Position numbers and translations under genes: made by a program. From contig OZ024742.1 in the NCBI GenBank assembly GCA_964016885.1, positions 7,688,001 to 7,752,000 of the forward strand: a stretch of DNA of 64,000 nt, in the 5' to 3' direction. Positions 13,375 to 27,667 of the stretch are shown piece after piece (the stretch's first letter is position 1; the number at the start of each line of letters is the position of its first letter). Under the pieces are notes generated by a model. The model ran no database searches, had not been told where the DNA came from, and saw only the letters and a program-made list of their open reading frames with translations. This stretch comes from Eledone cirrhosa (lineage: Eukaryota).

Positions 13375-13895
13375 GAACCAAATAAATATATATATATAAA
13401 AAAAAAAAATCCAGTTGCACTTTCGATTTCATCTTTTTTCCTTATATATATATATATATATATACAAAATTTAGTACAGCATCATCGAAGCTCTGATTGC
13501 AGCCCAGCTAACGAATGCAATCTCGGTGTGCAGCTAAGCACTCAATAGGGTATATTACCCTAGAGTTATAACATAACGTTTAGACAGCTTTGCAAATTGA
13601 AGACGGCGACCGATAGACGGGTCGCAGTGACCATAGCGACGTAAAAAACTGAACTCAGGATAACAATTTGACTAACCTGGACCATTGCACGACATCATAC
13701 ACAACACATGATATATACCATATAATATACATCACACATAATATATAATATCTCCGCTAGGTTTCTGTAAATCCGAAATTGACAAAAATCCACTTGCAGG
13801 GGCCTGCAAGTTAATGGTTTTTCGAAGATAGAACAAGGAATTTACTTCGTCAACAAGTTTTTCGTTCTCGTCCGCCCGGGTGTGAATGCTAGCAG

Positions 13896-13937
<42 letters not shown>

Positions 13938-14169
13938 TGAGAAACACACAGATACATGCGGGGACACACATATACATGAATATATCCACATCCATCCTTG
14001 AGTTAATGGTGCCAACCTTAACCGATGTTGCTCTATGAATAACTGGGACAAACCAATCCGAATGGATTAGACTGAACCAGTATCAGAGCTAAAAGTACAT
14101 TATGAAGAGAGAAGAAACATTTAGATATAATTAGTAATAAGATGTATCATACCTAAACTGCTTCTAGAT

Positions 14170-14259
14170 TCCTCGACTACGTAGTTTCGTGGCATAATCA
14201 AAAACAATACATCATAGAGATATAGAGCTTTTGTGAGGTCTGCCGACTTATCAAGAGGA
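14170..14259 (-). ncRNA. Hammerhead with U3-A8 core and extended helix II
   Basis: Minus strand: tcctc TTGATAA gtcggca...tgccac GAAA CTACGTAG TC gagga. Palindromic ACTACGTAGT; GUC triplet. Confidence 0.75.
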
Positions 14260-14529
14260 TACCTCATTTTACTAGCCTCAAGAACACGTCTATAAGATGT
14301 GAGATAGAATCCCAAAAGGCGGAGGGGGAGTCAGTCACGTGATACAATGGTCAAGAAACAGAGCTAAGCCCCTTATAACCCCGAAAAAAATAATACCATG
14401 GCGGCGGAGGGGGTATTTATATCGAGGCAGTAGAAGAGGTGGTTACGGAGGCGAGAAGTATGAGTAATGGCAGCTTTCCAGCAGTCACTACACTTCAAAG
14501 ATTACTCGACCAGAGGGAGTTATAACTGG

Positions 14530-14770
14530 TGAAAGGTCAAGCCGGTGAAAGGTACACGAAAATTTGATGTTATTAAAGAATAATGCTAATGTTAAAATCG
14601 AAGGAGAATAAAATTTTAGGATAAATGTGTTAGTGAGAAATACCAATCTTATTTAAAACATAAGGAATTTAGATCTATAAAAAGAAATTAAATTAATTTA
14701 ATTGATATGTATATTTATAGGGATACATTTATATTAATTCATATAGATATGATAAATAAGAGTTAGATGT
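14530..14770 (-). mobile_element. Fragment of the same PLE 3' UTR as 55385-55622 and 57360-57597
   Basis: Near-identical ggtcaagccggtgaaaggtacacgaaaatttgatg...taagagttagatgt. Confidence 0.85.
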
Positions 14771-14791
14771 ACACTCCCTACATATATATAT

Positions 14792-16066
<1,275 letters not shown>

Positions 16067-16126
16067 AACAAATTATAAAGTAAGAAGAAGTAATAGACAC
16101 AGATATATACCTATTTTTTCTTCAAA

Positions 16127-16218
16127 TTCCCGACTGTACAGTTTCGCTGGCCAGTTTGCAACATTGTACATTATAGAGGTGCAATATCGTTGTGAGGCAA
16201 ACCAGCTTCTCAAGGGAA
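16127..16218 (-). ncRNA. Hammerhead with U3-A8 core and extended helix II
   Basis: Minus strand: ttccc TTGAGAA gctgg...ccagc GAAA CTGTACAG TC gggaa. All three helices close; palindromic ACTGTACAGT. Confidence 0.8.
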
Positions 16219-16491
16219 ATCCTCAGGGAGAGAGCGCTTTCCAGATATGTTAGCAGCAAGTGAGAAAATCTCAAAAGGTGGAGGGAGAGATAAACCACGT
16301 GATACACCGGTCAAGAAAGGGGACTGAATCCCTTGTAGCAGTGAAAAACATCTCGAAAGGCGGAGGGAGAGATTAATACATGATACCAATGTTACAGGCG
16401 GGTGATAAGGTTGACTGAAAGTGGTTATAGTGGTTGTTTAAAAGCAGTTACTATGCTTTCGTGTTAACTCGACCATGTGGGAGTTTGAGAC

Positions 16492-16555
<64 letters not shown>

Positions 16556-16908
16556 ATGTATGACCCCGACGGCAGAGCTCTAGTCGTTTCGACGGTTATG
16601 GGGTCATACTTTTTCCTATTTCCCACTTTACTACCCTAAGTATTGAGTACTCTGGTGCGTTATGGACCATCTGGTTCCTTACCACAATTCCTTTGTTATA
16701 TATATATATATATTTATTTAGGTTTGTTGAATCACCACTGGATAGAACTGATCATTCTGTATGGTCAACCTCGATGTAATATTAGGGAGAGCACTCAACG
16801 TAATGCAACTCACCCGTCTTCGTTTGTGTTATTGGTGGTGCGAGTACGGAATTAATTATTATAAAATAACAGGAGGCTGGACTGGTGTAATTTCTTAAAT
16901 GGTTGATT

Positions 16909-16965
16909 ATACTATGATCATTTCAGTGACCGGATTCAGTATGAATCCGGTGACATCACAAGGTC
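16909..16965 (-). ncRNA. Degenerate hammerhead (second copy 40227-40284, minus)
   Basis: Consensus of the two copies: atac CTGATGA t.tc accggattc-atac.-gaatccggt ca.t GAAA TGATCA TA gtat. Each copy has one damaged core box. Confidence 0.6.
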
Positions 16966-17122
16966 TTTTATTTCCGTTATACGATCTAACCTTACCTAGG
17001 ATCTCCCAGTGTAACCTATATTGGGTGTGGTTGTCTTTTAGACTCCAGATAAAAGCTGAAAGTGACGTCATATTCTTTTTAAAGGGTTACGAAAAGAATG
17101 GGTGTGCATGTAATAACGCTGC

Positions 17123-17630
17123 TTAAATCTTTGCGCCGCTGAAGCCCTGGAAATACTCTACGCCAAAGACCACATCTTAAACAAAACATCTGAGGCAATT
17201 TCGGCTTGTAAACACAAATTGCATAACACTTTCCTGTATTACAGCCCCACATTATACCCTAACGGATAGCACGAATAATAAGCGGATAATTTACATCTTG
17301 ATGTGGTAGCTAAGTATATTTTATATTTATACCATCACTTATTTGTATAGGTAAGTATACCTTACCCGTATGTTTTTTGAAGGGAACATCTTCACGAACC
17401 AAAGTATCGTCTTCCTGTTTTCCTTCGGTTGCAACGTTTCTCGAAATATTTACTTCTGCGTTCACAGATTGACTTTTTTAGTTTCAGAAATCCCATTAAG
17501 GGTGAAAGCAGCGATTCTTTGCTTAAATTTTAATCTGTTATTTTAATAAATATTTGCTCTAGGCTTCTTATATATTTGATATATATTTATCCTTATTGAG
17601 CCATCTTTGGATTTTAGTCTTCAAATTTAT
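17123..17630 (+). mobile_element. PLE endonuclease C-terminus, followed by a pseudo-LTR with an HHR-like motif (17480-17529)
   Basis: LNLCAAEALEILYAKDHILNKTSEAISACKHK..* ; 17395-17630 matches 2304-2695. Confidence 0.7.
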
Positions 17631-18020
17631 TATCTCTATATATATATAAAATGGAAGATGTCTGTCTCTGATTTTATGCATTTCCACATTTCTCTACCGA
17701 TTTTGATGATTTTTTTCCCAATGTGCTCCAAATTTACCAACGATGGTCAATGCGTAATAAACTTTGCCAAAAATGTCCTGCTTCAATGAAAAAAATTGAT
17801 AAAACTAAACACAAGCACATAGATAACGACAGTCGTACGCGTATATGTGTGTGCATGGGTGGAGGGGTTCTATGTATATGTCTGTACGTGCTTGTATGTA
17901 CAGGTATATATACGCGTGTACATGTGTATGCGCATGTATGTGTGTGTGTATGTTAATGTATATAGGCATGTGGGCATGTGTCTGTGTGTGTACGTGCCTC
18001 TCTTGATGCATGTATGCCAA

Positions 18021-18792
18021 AAATAATTTGGAGATAAATATAAAGAATTAGTATATCTACCAACATATGTATACAGATGCATACCTATGCTAGCAAATAT
18101 ATATGTTTTGTCTTAGTAACTTTGTGGTTCTATGCAAGGGAATGCAGAACAATTATATGGAAGACGTAAAATAAGAAAATTATGAAAATTAACTTACTTA
18201 CTAATATTTCACTCCAACTAATTAGTTTCTGTATACATATGTTGGTAGATATACTAATTCTTTATATTTATCTCCAAATTATTTGTTGAGCAAAACTTGC
18301 CGAAATTACTACTATGGTTCATGGTAGTAGTTAGGCTCTTGTCTTATTAGCACTCCACTCCTCACTGATTAACCTCAGTGTCAGGTGATTGATTCTTTTG
18401 AATTTGCCACTGACCAAGTAAGCAGTGAATTTTTTCAATGTCCTGGAATTTAGTCCCCGCTCGCATTTTTCCATCCACTGAATTATTTTTATATAAGTTC
18501 CCTGTGTCCACGTATTGCCTGGGTGCTTAGCTGAGAATAGACTCCCGATGACGTAAGGATTCTCTATGAGTACGTTACGTAACCATATTTATTCCCTTAC
18601 AGAAACTAATTAGTTGGAGTGAAATATTAGTAAGTAAGTTAATTTTCATAATTTTCTTATTTTACGTCTTTCATATTATTGTTCTGCATTCCCTTGCATA
18701 GAACCACAAAGTTACTAAGACAAAACATATATATTTGCTAGCATAGGTATGCATCTGTATACATATGTTGGTAGATATACTAATTCTTTATA
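18021..18792 (+). mobile_element. Non-coding ~526-bp unit (1.07 copies) with one hammerhead (18541-18620) and a 5' inverted arm (18021-18233)
   Basis: gtatacatatgttggtagatatactaattc at 18231 and 18757. actcc C-GATGA c gtaagg...ccttac a GAAA CTAATTAG TT ggagt. 18030-18233 is the reverse complement of 18598-18792. Confidence 0.75.
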
Positions 18793-19544
18793 TATATATA
18801 TATATATGCGATTGTATGCATATTTCTGATATATATTATATGTTATATTACATCAACAGGCTGAAATCTGGATCGTAATGAAATGATGTCGGTGGTGGTG
18901 GTAGAAGAACTTCTAAATGTCTGGATTGATATTTCCATTCATGTTCTCTTCATGTATTGTTAACATATAACAAATAAACATTATTGTAAACCTTATAATC
19001 TCGTTATAATGTTTATTCATATATTTATAATAAACAAATTCAGAAACGAAATATAATAAATAGATAACAGAAAATAGGAGACTAAAAATTAAATGATAAA
19101 ACCATTAACTCTACTATTATTATAGTCGTTGTTATTGATTTGATGGCTTTTTGTTATTATCAATATTATTATATTTAGTATGATCAATATTATCATTGCT
19201 GCTGTTGTTGTTGTTGTTGTTGTAGTTGTGGTAGTTGTTGTTGCTGTTCCTTCTGGATCAAAGAAGCCAATGTCATGGAAATGGCGCCAATCTCTTGTCT
19301 CTAGGTCGACCTTTCAACTTGAAATTTGCAAAATTGCTAAATTCTGTGGCCTGTCAATACATAATTATATGACTGATAAATATGGGTTTTTTACAGACAG
19401 TCACGTGCACACTCACACACACATACACACAATCACACACAAACACACACACACTCACGTACACTCACACAGACACACACACACATACACACAATCACAC
19501 TCATATATATATATATATATATAAAGAGAAATCTACATAGTATG

Positions 19545-19639
<95 letters not shown>

Positions 19640-19863
19640 TATGTATATATAAGTATATATACATATATATATAAATGGAAAAAATGAAATTTCATTTCTC
19701 ACTCTTAGTACGGCTGATACCTAAATATAAGTATGTATACGTACATACATATATGTATACAGACGTACGGTAGTATGTATATACATATATATATATGTAC
19801 GTATGGGTTTACCGAACATTCATTATAATGCTCAGTTCGTTTGTAAACAAAAAGCCCGAATTA

Positions 19864-21725
19864 CACCGTGTAACATAATTTTTGTTCCCCGGTTCTAAGT
19901 GTCATTTCATGGTTTGTTATATCCCATTATTATTTTTAAAAAAACACTATTATTTAATCAGAACTTTGGGTTTGTGGTCAGAAGTTAGATATTTCGAAAT
20001 TTTCATATTTTTCAAGAAAAAACACATTTTTTTAAAATTTATCAGTTCATATAATTAAATCAACAGAGTATATATTTATTTTATTACACAAGCTTATCAA
20101 AAGCAAACAAGTAAAAACAAATAACACTTATAAAGCAACTTATACACGTCAGAAATGACTGGATTTCCTGGATTTGCGGTTTTAGTCCAGTTCGCATTCC
20201 CGCACTAGCCCCCAGATATAGTCCCCCATCATTTTTGCATTGTAGTGGCCCTGGTACCTCCGCTCTATCTCTTTCACATCTTGGTGGAATCGTTCGGCTT
20301 GTTCTTCTGAGTAGGCGCCCATATTGTCCTTGAATTTTTCCAGGTGAGCGTCCAGCATATGGAGTTTAAGCGACATCCTGCATCCCATGGCGCCAAAAGC
20401 CTTTATCAGATCCTGCACCAGTTGCTGGTAGTTTTCAGCTCTGTAGTTGCCCAGGAAGCCCATAACAACTGCCTTGAAACAGGTCCATGCTGTTCTCTCA
20501 ATCCTATTGAGCTTATTGTAGAACTCGGTAGACTCAAACACCTTCTTTATCTGAGGTCCAACAAAAATTCCACCTTTGATTTTGGCTTCAGATAACTTGG
20601 GGAAGAAAACAAGAAGGTACTTAAAAGCGGCTGATTCTTGGCTGAGAGCCTTCACAAACTGCTTCATCAACCCCAACTTAATGTGCAGTGGCTCCCACAT
20701 AACGTTCCGGGTCCCAACTACAAATTCTTGTCGCTGCTCCCAGTTCTTTCTTTTGTAGTGGTCAGAGGTGGCTCTGCTGTCACAAAGGCAGAGGAAGCAT
20801 TGGAATTTGATAAAGCCTCCTTGGAGTCCAAGCAGGAAAGCCACCATCTTGAAGTCTCCAATGATTTCCCAATTGTACTGGTTGTATTGCAGAGCTTCCA
20901 AGAGGACTTTCACACTGTAGTAATCTTCCTTCAGGCAGACTGAATGAGCTAGGAGCAGTGTCGGGAACTTGTTTCCGTTGTGGAGGAGGACAGCCTTCAA
21001 ACTTGTGGTGGAGCTGTATATAAATAGTCGGCACTCCTTGGGCACAAACGGCACCCCAATAACGTCAAACAGTCCAGGCACGTCATGGCAGAAGCAGAGG
21101 CCATCCCTAAGAGTGTAAAAGCCTGAGAAAGTTTTGTGTCGACTTCTCTGACTTGTCACCTGCACTTCCTCCTTGACCAAGTTCCACTGCTTCATCCTGG
21201 AGACGAATAGCTCTGCATTGGACTTGGTCAGACCCATATCCCTGACCAAGTCATTGACTTCTTTTTGGTTTCGGAAGTGAGGAACTTTTTCTGGTACCTC
21301 AGGCAGGTAAACCAAGTCCTCAGCATCCATCTCCTCCTCTTCATCAGAATACTTGTCTTGGAAAATAAATTTGATATGCAATACAAAATAAATATTGGAA
21401 AGGGAAATACATATTTAAATAATATAAAAGAACACTAATCATACTAATGAAAATTCGTGCTTAAAACACAAGTATTACTCTTTATTTTATCATTTTAATT
21501 TAACCTGAAACATATATTAAAAAAATCATTTAACATAAGCAAATTAAACTTACATTCAACGTAAAATGCAGCATACAAATAATTCTAGTGAATAGCTTAG
21601 AATGTTTACAAACCCAAACTTTTAACTGTTTAATAGCACTTTTTTTATTTATTTGGGACCTAAGCAACACAAAAAAGTGATTACAAGCCAGGAAAAGAGA
21701 AAAAAAAATGTTGTGTTACACGGTG
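19864..21725 (-). mobile_element. Chapaev3-type (CMC superfamily) DNA transposon, internally deleted
   Basis: TIRs CACCGTGTAACA.AA / TT.TGTTACACGGTG. TTA duplication at 19861-63 and 21726-28. Inserted into a copy of the 440-bp HHR repeat. Confidence 0.85.
20182..21381 (-). pseudogene. Chapaev3-like transposase, N-terminally truncated
   Basis: LVRDMGLTK..RLFIYSS..SLKAVLLHNGN..GDFKMV..LGLQGGF.K..CFLC..DSRA..PLHIKLGLMKQFVKAL..GIFVGPQI..MSLKLHML..H..GAYSEEQAERFHQD..E.RYQG. The conserved FID is FIY and there is a short deletion before PLHIKLG. Confidence 0.85.
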
Positions 21726-22340
21726 TTATTAGCCGTACAGTGTTCGGCAACCATCGTTGCCATTTTGTTCGACATTGACAAAGGAACGATGAACTAGTTT
21801 CTAGCTTATTAGCTGTCATCAGCAGCATATACCTTCCTGTCAGTTGATTGAACGTTTGAAAGTATATACTTTCCTTATGCATATTAACGGTTGAGTAGCC
21901 TAATTTGCATATCGAGTGAGTTAGTCGGCCGGGCGTACCGAGAACGATAAATGGAAAAAATGAAATTTCATTTCTCACTCTTAGTACGGCTGATACCTAA
22001 ATATAAGTATGTATACGTACATACATATATGTATACAGACGTACAGTTGTATGTATATACATATATGTATTTATGTATACATACTTATATTTATGTATCA
22101 GCCGTACTCAGAGTGAGAAATGAAACAAACCGAGCATTATAATAAATTTTCGGTAAACCGATACGTGCATATATATATGTGTGCATGTATGTATGTATAT
22201 ACATACTACTGTACGTCTGTATACATATATGTATGTACGTATACATACTTATATTTAGGTATCAGCCGTACTAAGAGTGAGAAATGAAATTTCATTTTTT
22301 CCATTTATCGTTTTCGGTACGCCCGGCCGACTAACTAGAG

Positions 22341-22396
22341 TTCTTCTTCTTCTTCTTCTTCTTCTTCTTCTTCTTCTTCTTCTTCTTCTTCTTCTT

Positions 22397-22427
<31 letters not shown>

Positions 22428-22445
22428 TTCTTCTTCTTCTTCTTC
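22341..22445. repeat. (CTT)n microsatellite
   Basis: Read directly. Confidence 0.95.
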
Positions 22446-23115
22446 ACAAATTACCAATCTCCTTCCTATCATCAAATCTTTTTCTTCGAATATCTTACAA
22501 TCGAAACATCTGACTCTCTCTCTCTCTTCCCCCTCACTATATAAACCTATCCTACACCTCCTCCTTACCCGACATCCTTGAAATACACACATCATACACA
22601 CTCATCACACACACATGTACACACGTGTACACACACACACTACACACACACATACTGCACACACACATCACACTTGTTATATTTTTCTCTCGACTAATTT
22701 TTCTATCGCAATTTCATTTCCGGACAGAACAACGTGATGAAGACAAGTGAAGGCAATGGCGGTGAAAGTCAAAGAAAAGACAACGATAAAGTGAAATAAA
22801 AAGAAAATATTAGATGAAAAAATAAAAAAAAATAGTTGGAAACGAAGTAAAAGAAGAAGACGAAGCGGAAGGAAAATGTGGAGGAGAAGAAGAAGAAACG
22901 AAGAAGAAGAAAATGAAGAAGTGAGATTGGTAGAAGAAAGACAGGGCAATATGGACGATATTTTTATAAGGAGAAAAGATCGTGATTCGTTGTAGGATGT
23001 CTGAAATGAGACAGATAGATATACCGCTTAGGTGATTTATAGAAGCTTTCGCCTAAACAACCTTCCACACCACACATATATAAACAGATACATAGATATA
23101 TTGATAAATAAACTG

Positions 23116-23216
<101 letters not shown>

Positions 23217-23544
23217 AATAGATAGGTAGCAGGCTAGAAATAGGTATCAAGAATGAGAAATGTAGCTAAAAAGTAAGATACTAAATCTGTCTACACTAGT
23301 ACACATACTTCAAACACACAAACAAACATATCCACTTACACACACACACATATATACTTCTATATTTATGTATATGTATAAAATACACGCAGAAAAATAA
23401 TGATATAGATATTACATATGTATGTCTATGTCAATACACATACTCACACGCACACACACACAGGCATATATATATGTGTGTGTGTATATATACATATATA
23501 TATATAGGCGCATATATAAACATATACGTATATATGTAAATTTA

Positions 23545-23747
<203 letters not shown>

Positions 23748-24079
23748 GTTTATATGTATGTGTATTTATTATATGATTACCTTTATAGAGCTGAGATGTA
23801 TGCGAGTGTGTTTTTATGTGCAAGTGTGTGTCCATGTGCATGCGACCGACTGTGCAGGGCTGGTTATAAATCTGTTCGATCGATAGTTTATTCCATAAAT
23901 ATTTCTTCATCTTCATCGAATGTGACAGAAAAAATATATAGGAAAGTTGTGAGAGTTGTGAAGAGTTGTGAAGACTTGTGAAACTATAGCATTTGGTTAT
24001 AACATACAGTTTGACTTTCATCTTTGCCATGAAGTGGAGCTGCTTAGGACACACCTACATTCATTCCACTATATCTATG

Positions 24080-24151
<72 letters not shown>

Positions 24152-24335
24152 CATACATCCCCCACTCTCAAGCGTGAACGTAATACTAACATTTTGTACT
24201 GCACCCTTCGCTTTTTTTGTTTTCTGTTTTAACTATAATATATATATATATACACACATATATATATATATATACTATATATATATATACATTATATATA
24301 TACTATATATATATATACTATATATATATATATAT

Positions 24336-24615
24336 ACTAGCAGATGTAACCGGCGTTGCTCGGGAAATTAATGACAGCCTGACCTGAATTGTTCAATGTC
24401 GTTTATGGCTTAGCTAGCAATTTCTGAGTGCATGTCAGCTTATGTCAGCTAATTGGCTAGCCAATGAGAGGTCGCCTCAATAGCACGTGCCAAATCGGCC
24501 TAGTACTTCAAAAGTTAAAAGGTGCCTAGTATTTGTACACAGACAGATACACACACACAAAATCGATTTTCGGCCCCAATAGCAATACACACACACACAG
24601 ACCGACTTCCTTTTA
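24336..24615. mobile_element. Non-autonomous Helitron/Helentron-like element in (TA)n
   Basis: actagcagatgtaaccggcgttgctcggg hairpin end, aaaatcgatttt, and acagaccgacttccttttatata at the other end. Confidence 0.5.
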
Positions 24616-24764
24616 TATATATATATATATATAAATATATATAAATATATATAAATGAGGTAAATATCTCTCTGAGTACTAAGTACCCATAGAGATATAT
24701 AGTGTGTCTATAATATAATTGTTGTTCTATGGTACTAATTCGAGATACCAGAACTATAAAAATT

Positions 24765-25337
24765 GAGATGAGCAGAACAAACAAACATTAAACAATCCTT
24801 TAAATAAATTAAAAAATGATTTAAATATCTACCTGTCCATAATGCTATTACCGGCGGTTTCCATCTACAGAAGATTGGAAATTCGGAGAATTTCTAACGG
24901 AAAGTAAATTTCATCAGATAGCTATTTCCATCCTATAGGACTTACGTCCCACGGTCCGCAAATATAATGCCAACTACCAGCGCATATGAGTTATGGCCCT
25001 TAAAGTGACCCACACGTGAACCGGCTGCTTTTAGCAGCAAAGCCATCAACACGTCTGTAATATTCCCGCTTTAACTAGCGGCCGGTTCACGTGTGGGTCA
25101 CTTTAACGGCCATAACTCATATGCGCTGGTAGTTGGCATTATATTTGCGGACCGTGGGACGTAAGTCCTATAGGATGGAAATAGCTATCTGAAGAAATTT
25201 ACTTTCCGTTAGAAATTCTCTGAATTTCCAATCTTTTGTAGATGGAAACCGCCGGTAATAGCATTATGGACAGGTAGATATTTAAATCATTTTTTAATTT
25301 ATTTAAAGAATTGTTTAATGTTTGTTTGTTCTGCTCA

Positions 25338-25340
<3 letters not shown>
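24765..25340. mobile_element. Fold-back insertion with ~260-bp arms and two hammerheads (24844-24922 minus, 25184-25262 plus); third copy at 42785-43050 (HHR 42891-42969)
   Basis: gctat CTGA(T/A)GA a atttac...gtagat g GAAA CCGCCGG TA atagc. Arms 24765-25026 and 25080-25340 are inverted. Confidence 0.85.
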
Positions 25341-25421
<81 letters not shown>

Positions 25422-25506
25422 TTATTCCGGGTTGAATCGGAGGTAACCACAGTAAGTAAGGTACTCAATACATAGCAGAGTATACAAGTTTTAATATATT
25501 ATCACG

Positions 25507-25555
25507 GATTCCTGATTATTTCTAAAGAATGAAACAGTTCTAGTCCTGTAGAATC
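25507..25555 (+). ncRNA. Hammerhead family with stem-loop helix III (other copies 34268-34315 minus, 42560-42600 plus)
   Basis: (ga)ttc CTGAT(G/T)A tttct.aagaat GAAA CAG (ttctag)tc CTG TA gaatc. The 42560 copy has an intact core. Confidence 0.7.
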
Positions 25556-25629
25556 TCATCTATATTATATATATATATATTAAAATTAAAAACTCATTCT
25601 TTGATGTACTCATTGAATCTTGTTTAACT

Positions 25630-25708
<79 letters not shown>

Positions 25709-26013
25709 TTATATATACCTATGTACATAGTTGCATTTAGAGAACGGATAATGAAGACATGTCTGTAGCTCAGTAAGCGTTGCGTTTATTTCTCTGAAAA
25801 TATATATCATTCATGTATATACACACAAATGTTATTAAACTTTATTATACATACATATCTACATATATATAAATAAATATATATATATATATATGCGTTT
25901 GTGTGTGTGTGTGTATTTGTCTGTGCGTGTCTGTGTCTGAGTGTGGGTGTGTGTGTGTGTCTGTGTGTGTCTGTGTTTAAGTGTGTATCTGTGTGTCTGC
26001 GTGTGTGTGTGTA

Positions 26014-26047
<34 letters not shown>

Positions 26048-26608
26048 TGTAGTATTTGGGAAATATATGCATTGTTTGATGAACATGATAAACTGTATCA
26101 AAATGTCTGAAAATACTGTAAACATTGATAATGTAACGCAAACAATTCATTAGCTTTACCTGTTGTAAATGAGAGATGTGTTTGATGTTGGAGAGATAAA
26201 ACGACTATATTAAGTGCAGCTGGTTCATTAATACGCCTGTGAGGTAAAACAACTTTAATAGGATTGGAACGAATTAGTTTGAATCAAAAGGTTTGTGTTT
26301 CTTGGACAATGTTTACTGTCTTTGTCATCGGAAATATAACTGATGTTACCAACGGAAACTTCATCCAATGTAATTTATTTCATTAACACTTTCAATACAG
26401 AGTCTCTGTGTCTTCTAGTTAGGTTCTTACGTCACACTTCCTGGAATTTGTCTCGAGTTCTGCTGAAATACACGATCAAAATACTTTCCCCCGAAATCGC
26501 CTTTCAACATCTTGTCTGAGGGTTTTTTAGAGTAGAACTATTCGTTAATATCTTTACTGAACCTTTTACAAGTCATTAGACTTGAAATGTCTCAACCTTT
26601 CCCGTCTT

Positions 26609-26700
26609 CACAAATTAGGTCAACCTCATCGTCTTTAGTTCACAGATTAGGTCAACCTTATCGTCTTTAGTTCCCAGATTGGGTCAACCACATCGTCTTT
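26609..26700. repeat. Three 32-bp tandem units, each with ATT(A/G)GGTCA
   Basis: cacaaattaggtcaacctcatcgtctttagtt / cacagattaggtcaaccttatcgtctttagtt / cccagattgggtcaaccacatcgtcttt. Confidence 0.85.
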
Positions 26701-27559
26701 GGATTAATATTCACACTTGAGTCGTGACATAAAATACAAGCTTGAAAAATAACTAATTACTAAAATATGGACGAAATTGTCAGGACAAATCTCGTTATTT
26801 TGGTGGTTATTACACAGATCATAGTGTTCACTGTAATATCATGATGGACATATTAATATAATATACGTATTATTTAAAAGCAAACGTAGAAACCTCTGGC
26901 TAAATTGTCCAGACATAATCTTTGTTTCTCAATATATATTATTATTAAAATTGAAAACAATTTTGGCTATCATATATCATACTGATAGAAGAGAGTTAAC
27001 GAGAGTATCAGTTTGTAAATGTTTCAACGAATCTATACATAGAGATATTCACATGGAATGTGGCATATTTATTAGACGTGGGTATGAAAGATAATAGTAA
27101 AGAGTATAACTAGTAAACACATAGAAAGGGACAAGGAGGGGTAAATATATTGGAATAGTAGGCAAAGTGGAAGACTATTTTAATGGAACTACTAGATAGG
27201 AAGTGTTTTTCCTCAGGTTTTCCACGAAACAGGATGTATACTGACGACATCCAATGAGCTTTCAGTCCTTATTTATGTAATTTCCATACAATCCGGTTAC
27301 CCGCCCAGTATAATGATAAAACTTTCGGTAGATTGTGTTTTATCTCAGAAGTGCCAGGTAATTCTACAATTTAACATTTATGGTATTTCAAATATATAGC
27401 TTTCATCTGCATACAAAGACATAAACATAGAGAAATATGAATTCTTTATTAAAGTCATTTCCAGATATGAGGTTCAGCTGAAAAGTTCAAAAGTTGACTA
27501 TGAAGGAGTGATGCCAGAGCTGTGAAATCTTGCATGCCTTAATTTGAACACGTTATATT

Positions 27560-27667
27560 AATAAGCGCATTGTATCTTTTCGGGGACTATGTTGAAAATA
27601 AACGTTATTTGGGTCATCCCATGAGAGTATCTTGGTCAGCCTATGAACATTTTCCCCGCTCATCGTA
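27560..27667 (+). mobile_element. Mariner-like 3' end remnant
   Basis: tgtatcttttcggggactatgttgaaaataa (C..GDYVE.* terminus) followed by a TIR-like end ..catcgta. Confidence 0.5.

Larger units (their letters stand above)
19672..22337. mobile_element. Copy of the ~440-bp hammerhead repeat (minus arm 19672-19863 plus 21729-22125, inverted plus arm to 22337), split by the Chapaev element
   Basis: Matches 43222-44305. HHR on minus at 21786-21828: gctg CTGATGA cagct-aata-agcta GAAA CTAG TT catc. Confidence 0.85.

Noticed and set aside
13760-13860. Possible minus-strand hammerhead TTGACGA..GAAA
   Set aside because: Helix II pairs, but helix I and the cleavage triplet are not convincing.
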